From NCBI RefSeq assembly GCF_018977255.1, contig NW_024704896.1, forward strand, positions 62,001 to 114,499: 52,499 bases of DNA. The letters run 5' to 3'. Shown here piece by piece: positions 10,249-21,003 of this stretch. Under the pieces are notes generated by a model, which ran no database searches, was not told the origin of the DNA, and was given only the letters and a program-made list of their open reading frames with translations. The position numbers and the translations under genes were made by a program. Within the stretch, counting starts at the first letter, position 1, and every line of letters starts with the position of its first letter. Origin of the DNA: Callorhinchus milii (Eukaryota).

Positions 10249-11894
10249 CACAGTGTTACTGTCAGACTACATCACTGTGCATAAACCTCCAAAGAGGAGA
10301 GAAAGGGTCTCATCTCAGCACAGATGTTAATGCTGACAGTTGACCTGATTCACATTTTTTACTTTGCTCCTGTGTCTCTCAGAGGAAACACGCGGCTGAT
10401 TGCCAACCACAAGCAAAATGTGATGGAACAGTTCGTGTAGGGAAAGAGTGAACGAATTAATAGTGAATCTTACATTTCATGTCGCGCCTGATCGCGACTT
10501 CGCGATGTCTCAAACGGCTTCACAAAATATACGGCAAAAAGAAGTTGCTGCGAATTGGCGGTGTGAACGGGAAACTATGTGGCATTAGTTGGTTATGCAG
10601 CTACAGTTACCCCAAAGCGTAATGTGGGGGTCCTCAAGCCTTGGTTCTCGCCAACTTGCGGCTAATCATTGACGGATTTAGCTAAACTGCATAGTTTCAT
10701 CAGGGAGGAGAATGCTCATTCCATTCAAAAAGACTATTTCAGTGATTTCCATGAGGAGATGGGAGGTAGCGATATTTGGAGTCTCTATAGCTTGGCGATG
10801 GGTTTCCTAAAGTTTCAGACTGACAAACAATTGTTCGGTATTTCAAAGTGCCAGAGTTCCAATCAATGACCAATATTGATTCAGTTTATATCTGCGATGT
10901 CCGGTCGCTCAATGGTTAGAACACTCACCTCGACAGTGAGAGACCTGGTTTCGACTCATGGTGGGGCGAAACGATGGGCAAGTTTCTTTATGCCACACAC
11001 CTCTGTTTAAATAGCAGTAAGTAGGAACTTATCTGTTAGTCGATTGACGGTTAGCAGTGACCAACATCTTTCGGAGGGATTATTAACTCGGAAAGTGATT
11101 CACCAATCGAATAACAGCGGATTCCTATTTATTGATGGTAAATAGTACGCAAATACAAAAAGTGTACAATTGCCAATGGCAATGTTGGTTCAATTCTGTG
11201 TTGTAATGTAAACTATTGCAATGACAAATTGCCCTTTGGGCCTCAGAACAGATTAGTATAATTGTGAGGCGAGGATTTGGTGTGTGGGAGGGGTGGGGGC
11301 TTCAGTATCTGTTGCCTCAGAGTGACTGACAGAGGGTTGTGTTACTGTAATCTGCGCCTCAGGTGATATAAGTCACTGGGAACCTCAACACATTATTATC
11401 ACAGTCATTGCTTTACTTCAAGTTTGGCATCAAACATGAAGCTGAGCTGAACTGTGGCACATTGGCCTTCAGAGGGCGCCAATTACTGTTAATTTCCAAC
11501 AAATCAAACATGTCTGCCAGCTAAATTTAAGCATTTACAAATTGTCATTTTTAATCCACAAGGGAATTTGTGGTGGAGTATTTTGAATTCGAGGAGCATT
11601 TGGAAGAGATAAGAATATCCGGCGGCCTTCCAGTGTTTTGTATCACTTTTCCGGGGGGTAATAAATCCTTCAAATAAAAGATAAAACATATTCCATTCTT
11701 GGCGGACGCAAAACGCACGATGAATTCCATTTACAATATTTTCTGTGAAGCTCTTTAAGACATCTCTAACACGTGCTTTATCAAATGAAAGGACTGCTAT
11801 TGTTATTCGACTGAGGTACTGACTTGTCTGTGCACGTGGAAGTTAATGATCGCATGGTAATTTCCGTAAAATGATTGCAAATTACTCTTTTATT

Positions 11895-12300
11895 TTCCGT
11901 TAAGAAACGGGAGCAACGGCTGGCAGGAATGACAGTTTGTGAAGAATTATTGGTTCACCGTCATATGACGTTGCGAGGGTTGCATTAAAATTACAAGCGA
12001 AGAGTGAGACGACTTTCCAATTGATCCCCTGGACAGAATTGTAATCCTTTAAAATATTGCTATTCCACTTTCTCTCTGTGGTGTTTTTTTCGGCCAGCAA
12101 CTAAGGATAGGCATCACTATGATTAAGGGTCTCCAAACATAGCTGATACTTCCATGCATCCCACCTACAAACGAAAAACCCAGAGATAGATTGTTGAAAC
12201 CAGCAAAAACCACATAACTTACCATTGATAGAGCTGTCTGTTCCCGATGTTTGTCGATCAATAAGCACCCTTCTTTTTAGCGCTATAGCTTGCATGGTTA
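11895..12300 (-). mobile_element. Ancient, degenerate LINE (L2-like endonuclease region) fragment; related pieces at about 10560-10870(+), 15290-16020(-), 32540-33030(-) and 35700-36420(-)
   Basis: The copies are mutually similar. The 15.4-kb copy gives frameshifted GGPPKPG...DFNVQL, reminiscent of the RPP...GDFN motifs of AP endonuclease. Too decayed for firm assignment. Confidence 0.45.
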
Positions 12301-12498
12301 ATAGTAGCTGAGTGAGAGGACTCTCTACCCAGCTGACTGGTGAAAGCCGCTCTATCAAAGCAATTGGTTATTGTATTGAAACGCGGCTGAGATGCCAATG
12401 AGGTGACGTGAGACTGTGGCTCCGCCATTGCCGTCAATCACTGCGGGTTATCAGCAAACTGATGGCACAGACACAACCACACAGACTGAAGAGCAGCA

Positions 12499-13408
12499 AT
12501 GAGGCTATTTGCTGTCTGTCTTGTGCTGGGAACCTTTATGTCAGGTGAGGTCCTGTTGAGCTAATTCAGAGTTGCTGTTGATTATCAAATAAATTTCTAC
12601 AGCAATTGGTGGAGGGAGTACTTTAACTTAGAGGATAGAGAGCTCACCACACAAGAGAGAGAATCTTGGTTTGATTACGGGGCAGGGTGAAATCTTGGAC
12701 AATTTTCGCTACTCTACGACATGCCTCTCTTTACCCACGAGCAATAGTTATCCTGCTGCTGAACGCAGGGGTAGCAATGAAAACCAAATAATAATTTGTT
12801 CACTCATTTCACGTTTGTTTGTGGAACACTCCTGTGCTAATACAGCTGCCGCGTTTCACCCATGAAAATACAGAAGATACACTTCACAGTATACTCAGTG
12901 AAGCAGATTCAAACGTCTGGACGACAAGATAATGCACTATGAAAATTCACTGAGTATTAATATCTCAGCTTTAACAAATGACATGTTCGGAATGGCTTTT
13001 GGGTCCCGATGGAGATCCAAAGGCGCTGAAAAAATAAATCAGGTCAGCAGTAAATAATATAATGTCGTGCTCTTGCATGTTTATTACAGAACTCTGTGGA
13101 GAGGACTCTGTCAGTCAGAAAGCTGCCACGCTGCTGAAGAAAGAAGGAGATGCTGTGACTTTTGATTGTATCTATTTCACGAATGAGAGCGCTTTCATTC
13201 TGTTCTGGTTCCGCCAATATCCAGTCAAACAACCAGAGTTTATGGTTTGGAGATTCTCATACAATAACAAGGAAACCAAATGAGCTGGAATTGGAAATCG
13301 ATTCTCTTCTCAGCTTGACAGTTCCCAATCTGTAACCAGATTATCCATCTCTGAGCTGCAGGTGTCTGACAGCTCTACGTATATCTGTGTTATCACTCCC
13401 TCTCTTCT
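12499..13408 (+). pseudogene. Conventional V segment V-D (V-B family; leader 12499-12544, V exon 13090-13408), pseudogene
   Basis: Leader MRLFAVCLVLGTFMSG. V = LCGEDSVSQKAATLLKKEGDAVTFDC...FWFRQ...KETK* with in-frame TGA at 13281-13283. Degenerate RSS CACAGCG(13409), 23 bp, ACAACATCT. Confidence 0.92.
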
Positions 13409-13659
13409 CACAGCGATGCAAATCAGTTACAGCCTCGTACAACATCTAACCAGGCTGTGGGAGCTTGGTCTATCCATCTGATCAATTCAGATTGTTGAGA
13501 GTCAGGTTTTGTGTGCAACGAGATTCAGGGGAAGCCACTTTCACCATTCACCACAAATCAATCAATGTTGAAAGTCCGCATAATTTGTGTCTTAATTTAC
13601 TGAGGGCAAAACAAACACTCAGTTAGATGCAACAGTCCACCTGGTATAACGAAATACGT

Positions 13660-14307
13660 GGCCGGACAGGCAGATAAAACTTCTAAAATGCATACGGGCG
13701 AGGAAGCTTTGTTTATGGGGGCATAGAATACAAAGGCCAGGAAGTTATAGTGAACCTTTGCATAAAACATGGGATAGGCCTCAGCTGAAGACTCTGTTCA
13801 GTTCTGGGCTCATAAATCAGGAACCATGTCAAGGCGTTGGAAAGGGGTCAAATAAGATTTACCAGGATGGTACCAGGAATGAGGGATTTCAGCTATCAAG
13901 GGAGGCTAGAGAAACAGGCATTGTTGTCCTTGGAGCAGAGTATCTATCGAGGAGATTAAAAAAAGTTTTGAAAATTGTGATGGGATTCGAGAAGGTAAAC
14001 ATTCCGAAAGTATTTCCACTGGCGGTTGTGTCAACAAGGACACCAATTTAAAATAGACTTTGAAAGAAACAGAGCGGAGGTGAGAAGAACTTTTCTCACA
14101 CAACGTGCTGTTCGCATTTGGAATCATTGAAACTGACTCGATATCAATTTTTAAGAAAGAAATAGATAAGTTTGGGAAAGATAAGTTTGCAGGGCAAGTG
14201 GGTGGTGGTGTAGTGTAGTTTTCAACTGGATAGTTTTTTTAAAAAAAGCCGGCACAGACACGATTGCCTGATTGGCCTCCTTCCTCATATAATTCTATGT
14301 TCTATGA
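13660..14307 (+). mobile_element. CR1-type LINE 3' fragment
   Basis: Contains aggcctcagctgaagact...ttctggg, gatttaccaggatggtaccaggaatgagggatttcag and a terminal ttctatgttctatga tail. Paralog at 34400-35050. Confidence 0.78.
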
Positions 14308-14579
14308 TATTGCGTTGAATTGCTGTCTTCTGCATTTGCAAAGATGCAAAACCAATTGGGGCAATATCTGGTTGAGGCTAAGCAAGAAGAGGGAACGAGG
14401 ATACATACAAAGTGCAATTACCATTTTCGCCCACATAATACAGTCAATTCACGATACAGTGTATTCGGTGAAGTACATTGTTGCATCCAGAAGAGGTGAT
14501 AAGTCGTTATACCAAACGCAAGGATTATTACTCTTTTCATGACAGTATGTTCTGTCAAGTGTTTGAGACATTTCAAACA

Positions 14580-14900
14580 TAATAATAATAATAATAATCC
14601 TTGCATTTGATATAGCGCTTTTCACGTTATTAGGATGTCCCAAAGCGCTTCACAGAACACACTGTAAAGTGAGTTGACTCTATACTTGTGGGCGAAGGCG
14701 GCAGCCAACTGCGCACAGCAATGTCCCACAAACAGTCATGGATTGAAAATGACCAATTTTATTATTGTTTTTGGTTTTGGAGGGATTATTATTAGGCGTG
14801 TGGAGTAAGGAAACTTGCCCAAGGTTTCGCCCTGCCTGGAATTGAACTCACGTCTCTCGCTTGCAAAGCGAGTGCTCAACCACTGAGCTACAGGACTCCA
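14580..14900 (-). mobile_element. tRNA-derived SINE, full length, (ATT)n tail
   Basis: Reverse complement: tggagtcctgtagctcagtggttgagcactcgctttgcaagcgagag...gagttcaattcc ... aagcgctttgggacatcc...gtgaaaagcgctatatcaaatgcaaggattattattatt. Confidence 0.88.
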
Positions 14901-14960
14901 TAATGATTCTTGTGATTGATATTGAAGCCTGTCACTAAATGTACGCTTCTCATTTCCGAA

Positions 14961-15140
14961 TACACCATTGTATGTAAACCTCCGAAGAGGAGAGTAAAGG
15001 TTTCATCTCAGCACAGATGTTATTCCTGACAGTTGACCTATTTGATAAATTGTGACTTTCCTGCTGAGTCTCTCGGAGAAAACACGTGACATTCAAACCA
15101 CCAGCAAAATGCGATGGAGTGGTTCATTTAGGTAAAGAGT
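14961..15140 (+). pseudogene. Orphan 3' flank of a deleted V-C-family gene (partial RSS spacer/nonamer plus flank); second copy at about 35390-35530
   Basis: tacaccattgtatgtaaacctccgaagaggagag...tcatctcagcacagatgttattcctgacagttgacc matches 10268-10450 and 47414-47600. No V exon or heptamer upstream. Confidence 0.7.
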
Positions 15141-17764
15141 GAAATAAATTATAATAACAACAACAATATTAAACTTTACATTTGGTAAAGTATCTTATCA
15201 CGTCTTCGAGACTCCTCAAACAGCTTCAAAGCATACACTGTAAAATTTATGTATATTCCTCGCCAGTCATCCATTATGTTAAATTAATCTTTGTCTTTAC
15301 GTCTGTTTATGCAAAGATGTGCAAGGTGTATTGTATAACAATCTTAGAAACCTTTGCTCCATCACTTCATTGCACTTTTTTTTCGGGTCGGTCATCCAGT
15401 TCTCTGACAGACCACGTAAACCATCGTTATGCTTAAGAGTATCTAACCAAAGCTGAGATATGCGCGCATCCCAGCTGCACATTAAAATCCCAGCAATAAA
15501 CTGCTGGAATGAAATGCACACTGTCTCCATGAGAGAGACACCCAATTCCGGAAAGTATTTGGCGCAGGATCGCAAGAGTCCAGGCTTGGGGGGACCCCCG
15601 TTGGTACTGCTGGTGTAACTGCAGCAGTATTACCATCTACAAATGCATAGCTTGTCATTGATATTGTTGTCTGGCAAGCTGTCTCACTGCTTGTCCTGGT
15701 TGGACCATATTACTTGGTAGCATTATGGCTTGAGGGTTGGCATGAGCTCAGTGTGTGTATTCGCTTTTCCACTGACTTTTCTGCCCTTCCGGATCCAGCT
15801 ATGGAGCCAGCAGTGCAGTCATGTGATCAACGGCGGCCTGGACTCCTGCGGACCCGCAAGGCTTAGGAACCGGACCAGAGATCGTGAGGGAGGGCTGTAT
15901 CGATTCCCACTTTCCGTTGCCAGGCTTGTCAACTTGGAGCCATTTCAGTACCAAGTTGAGCCCCATTTACAAGCTCAGCACTATTGCCGCTTACACTTCA
16001 AAACAACAACTAACTTAGATGAATAAAGTTCACTGTCCTTGGAGCGGATGTCCCAAAACGTGGATAATCCCGAGCTGGAGAGAGTGGCCTTGGAGATGGG
16101 AGATTTCAGGGTGTGGGAGCTCGGCTTTAGGTTTGCGGCGGTGGGAGCTGTGGGTGGTGTGTTGGGAGGAGGGGCTGCAAGATGGTGCGGGGTAGGCTGG
16201 CGTTATGTACTGGGGGAAAGGACGTTGGGAACGGGTGTTTGAGGAAGAAGGTGTTGAGAAAGAGTATCTCTAACCGAGAGGAGTTTTAATGGTGTTCGAT
16301 TTTTCCTGCACTTGGTTGATACCTGAGTAATTCTAAACATGAATCAACTCATGCCGATAAATCACACACACTGTCATTCTCCTGAAACACCGATAGATGT
16401 CTGCATATCACAATGAAATAAAACTCACTGTTATGTAGCGCCTTTCACATTGGGAGTACAGCCCATTAACGCTGAGCACTGCAAGTGGTATGGAGACCTG
16501 TAGCTTGTTGGTTAGAGCGCTAAAGTCGGATTGGAAAAGACTCGGGTGCGGTTCCGGGAGGAGGCGTAAAAGTTAGGCAAATTTCCTGATGCTACATGTC
16601 TCCCGTTACCAAGCAGTAAATTGAAACACGGTTGTTAGTCGACTGGTGGATCGCTTGCGGAGGAAATAATTCCTCCAACAACAATAAGCACCCGAACAAA
16701 CAAGAAATATCCAGATAGATAAGTGAATGAAAAAGATACATCAAATATATCAAATAGTAATGCGATCTCGCAAACCATCGCTGTTTGAGTGTCATTGCTG
16801 TATGCAGTTGGATGCAGCGTTGCACAACCACAACCAAAACACAAAGTTTCCCATTTTACAAGCAATTTGAGATGTCTCAATGGTATGATAAATCATAATA
16901 TGAAATCCGCGAATTACTATGACTATAAGCATAAATATGAATGCATCATCATCGAAACAATCACCTCTGTCTCACACACAGCCTCAAACAGCATTGTCCA
17001 CCTATTCCATCGTGGATGTTAAAGATAATCACATAATACTGTTAAAACAACTGATCAGCTCCTCACTTCCCCTCAATCACCTCGATCCCCAACATTAACA
17101 CCAATTGTGAAGACGAAAGCTTATTGCCAAAATAGAAAGCATAATATTAGGTATGGTTCTAAAAACAATCCTTGCACATGATATAGAGCCTCATCGCGCC
17201 ATCTGGATGTCTCAAAGCGCTTCGCACCATGTACAGTCAAGCATTGCCACTGTGTGTTTTGTGTGCGAAACCTGTAAGATAATTTCACACAGCGACGTCC
17301 CACACATAATTGTGGAATGATCGTTAAGCTTTATTATTATTATCATTGTTCTGAAATGCCACTGGAAAGCGATCCGCCAATCGTCTAACAAATTGATTCG
17401 TGTCTACTGGTAGGTAAACAGTGTGTAATAATAACAATAATAATAATAATAATCCTTGCATTTGATACAGCGCTTTTCAAGTCTTCTAGACGACCCGACG
17501 CGCTTGACAGAATATACTGCAGAGTGAATTCACTGTATATTTGTCGGCTAACGCGGCAGCCATTTGCGTACAGCAATGTCCCACAAACAGCCATCGATTG
17601 AAAATAACCAATTTATTATTGTTTTTTTTTGAGGGATTATTATTAGGCTGGTGGAGTAAAGAAACTTGCCGAAGGTTTCGCCCTGCCTGGAATTGATTTG
17701 TTTGTGTGTGCGTCTGTGAGTGTCTGTGTGTGCACGTATCAATACTTGTGTAAGGTGTCAAACA

Positions 17765-17803
17765 CAGGCAGACAGAGAGACAGAGAGACAGAGAGAGGGA
17801 GAG

Positions 17804-17836
<33 letters not shown>

Positions 17837-17945
17837 AGCAGACAGGCAGACTGACAGACTGTCAGACTGACAAACAGACAGGCAGACTGACACACAGAGA
17901 CACACACACACACACACACACACACACAAGCACACACAGATAGAC
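17765..17945. repeat. (AGAC)n/(CA)n compound microsatellite embedded in SINE-derived sequence
   Basis: Seen directly. Confidence 0.92.
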
Positions 17946-18458
17946 AGGCCGACACAGAAAAAATAATAATCCTTGTATTTGACACAGCGCCGACCATGTC
18001 GATCAGACTTGTCAAAGCGCTTCACAAAATAGAGTGAAACGTGCACATACGGTTCGCTGCCTCCGCTTCCTCCTGTATGTGCCTCTGCAGCCACACAACC
18101 CTGTATTACCGTCTCCACCTCAGAGGCTCCTATAACCACCCCCACCCTATGCTGTTTTCCCCAATTACTCCCTCCTCCTTCTCACCCCTCATCACCCATA
18201 TGTCGCTAACTTCCGGCTGCTTTTGCTCTCGGACGCAGTTTGTCAGTCCATTTCCTCACGTAGGGTCTATCACTCGTCCCAAATCAACCCTTCCCCCCAA
18301 CCCCCACCCACCCGTCAAAGCCGCTGACACCAGCCATGTTGAGAAGCCCTGTTCATCACAAATAAACCAAGTCTCCAACGCTCTTACAGAACAGTCCTGT
18401 TTTGCTCACAGTCAATCTGAGGTGTCCGGGGCTGACGGTGTCTCGCAGCGGTGAGAGA

Positions 18459-19173
18459 ATGTCTCTCCTCTTTGTCTCCATCTCCTTCCTCTTTTTACAA
18501 TGTAAGTGTTCTTTTCCATTACGCAACAAGACGCAGCATGAGTGAATATATTCTTTCCAATCTGCGAAATAATAATAACAATAATTCTTGCATTTAATAT
18601 AACGCCTTATCACGTGGATGAGTCGTCTCAAAGCAAATCACGGAATATATTGCAAAGTGAATTGGCATTCTTTTGGGGGCGAAACTAAGCAGCCAATTCA
18701 GATTAATTATATCATGATAGCGATATTCCATCACGCACTATAATTATTTAGTTGAAATATATGAAAAGTATGTTATTTATCTTGACTGTATTACAACACT
18801 TGACTTAATTTTTATACAATTAATTATCAATGAAGCGGTGAAGACATCAAATCTATTAAACTAATGTCATATTATGTAAAAAATTCAGATGTTTTCTGTC
18901 GGTCGGTAAATCAGACGCCATCCCCTCTGAGGAGAGAAGAATGCCACTCTTTGATCATCACCTGTGACTTTGAAGCTGGGTATTACGACACTCTCAAGAG
19001 CATCGTACTTTATGGTTTCCAAATGACAGACATTGGAAGCCCATCCCTCGTGAAGAATGTTTTTTTCTAAAAATAGAAAAGGGATCAAAGTCGACTTCTC
19101 TGGAAATTAATGATTTGCAGGTTGAAGACAGTGCTGTCTACTACTGTAAAACTCCATACGATTACTTGTAAAT
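18459..19173 (+). pseudogene. NAR-TCR V gene, cassette 3 (leader 18459-18501, V exon 18889-19173), frameshifted
   Basis: Leader MSLLFVSISFLFLQ|gtaagt. V = VFCRSVNQTPSPLRREECHSLIITCDFEAGYYDTLKSIVLY, then a frameshift near 19013; the correct frame resumes as FPNDRHWKPIPREECFFLKIEKGSKSTSLEINDLQVEDSAVYYCKTPYDYL*. RSS CACAATG(19174), 22 bp, ACAAAAAGC(19203-19211). Confidence 0.9.
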
Positions 19174-19514
19174 CACAATGCTGCATCTGGGCTTCCAGCA
19201 ATACAAAAAGCCCCTTCTCCGACTCACAGTAAAAACACAGAGAATGTGAAGTTGTCATTGTACTTAATGCACATTCCTCGTTCGATTGTGACATAAAATG
19301 ATGTAACAACTGCTTATTAATATTTAGGAAAATATAGTGACCACGAATGGCCATTGGAAGTTTTCTGCAATTCACATGAGTATCGATTGAATTACATGAG
19401 ACAGGCAGCAAGCTAAATCCCACTGGGACGATATTCAAAATAATGGTACATGGAATATCATTGAGTTAACATTTCTAAGTTGCGGAAAACAGTTGGATTG
19501 TTTGGCAAACCAGT

Positions 19515-19587
19515 GCTTTTTGTGTTGACGTCAAATGCCGTGGTGATAACTGGGGAGTCCACATTGTAAAAGATAAGCACAAGTACT
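19515..19587 (+). other. NAR-TCR D segment 3 (coding 19543-19559, GTGATAACTGGGGAGTC), 12/12 RSS
   Basis: GCTTTTTGT, 12 bp, TGCCGTG, D, CACATTG, 12 bp, ACAAGTACT. Confidence 0.85.
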
Positions 19588-19904
19588 GTAAAAATATTTT
19601 CATGGATATTCACTTGCCGTGAAAACTGACAGCTCTGTTTTATTTTATGCTGTTGATTGTTTCAAAAGCTTGATTTCGAAATTAATTACTCAAAGCAGAA
19701 ATGTTTTGGATTATTTACAGAAAGATGTTCTCTGTGCCGTGCACTTTGCCACTGTTGGGACAAATATTATTGAAATTAAATGATTTGGACAAATGCAACG
19801 TTTGAAAGGTATGCAGTATGATGTGTTTCAGGGTTGTGAAGCAATGACCAATTTTTCAGCATTGGTTGTACTGCTGTCAACATTAAATCATGGACTGATG
19901 CAAC

Positions 19905-19996
19905 AGTTTTTGTACATTGAAGAATGAGAACTGTGTCACTGTGCTGTTATGAAAGAACCATTGACGGATCAGGAACTACAGTAACTATAACAAGAA
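19905..19996 (+). other. NAR-TCR J segment 3 (coding 19944-19996, CYERTIDGSGTTVTITR), 23-RSS
   Basis: AGTTTTTGT, 23 bp, CACTGTG; phase-1 donor A|gtgagt. Confidence 0.92.
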
Positions 19997-21003
19997 GTGA
20001 GTGAAAACAATTTCTAAAAAAGTAAATTTACATGATTCACGGGAATGTGCAAAAAAAAACATCATTGTAGCAATTTGTACAGAATTACTTACTATTTCAA
20101 CAATCTATTTTGACCCATTTTGCAAAATTCCATACATATACATATCTGTAAATTGGAAAAGGTTAAACAGCTCCTGCTTTTAAGCTTCTTTCTCAAATGA
20201 ACAGCTTTTATATCTTTGTTTTGTTAAGCGACAACATTCTCTGGACAGTGTTGCCAAAGGCACATGCTCAGAGGGACTTTCGAAAGTAAATTTAGGTAAC
20301 TAATTTAGCAACACATGATGGGTCAAACGAAATTTTTAAAATTCCTAACATCGTGAATTTTCTCGAGAAGTAGTGTGATCCTTCGAACTGAATTGGCTTC
20401 AATGTGAAATATTCTTTAACCTGCTCCATTCCATCACACCGCAGTTTCTGAATCAATGTCATCGATCTGATAAATTCATTCACTTTCCGCACTCCTTATA
20501 AGCTGAGATACACCAGTGTCTTCTGATTTATTGTACACCAACACAGTAAACCAATAATTAAAATATCTGAGTGTGAGGACATTTCAAAATGAAAGGGAAA
20601 CTTTTTGCTTCAACTGTAAGTTGAAGTTGCTGCAACTGTAAATCCACTGAGTTAACGGTACGAACTGACAACTGATACGCTGCTAAACATTCCCATGATC
20701 ACAGACACCCAAAGCTTCAATTTGGACAACCCGCGACAGCAAAGAAGTGTAAGATTAGACAAACAAAGCTTAATTAAACTGCGTTTATGAGAGATCATTT
20801 CAATACGTTAAAACATATTGGCACAGGGTACTTGTTTGCAGTAAAATCTGTCTCAGCTACACAGCTCTTTAGTATAATCCAATCCTCAGCTCTTCCTTTT
20901 CTTTGACCTAACAACAATATTTACCTTTGCTATAAAGCCTTTCGTAGACATATTAGGTAGTTTGTCTTGAACTTACACAGGGAGTAAAGGAAATTTTACA
21001 GAA

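Noticed and set aside
14961-15000. Orphan V-C-type RSS as a possible germline RAG signal end or joint
   Set aside because: The heptamer is missing and the break is inside the spacer, which RAG cleavage would not produce; ordinary deletion is more likely.
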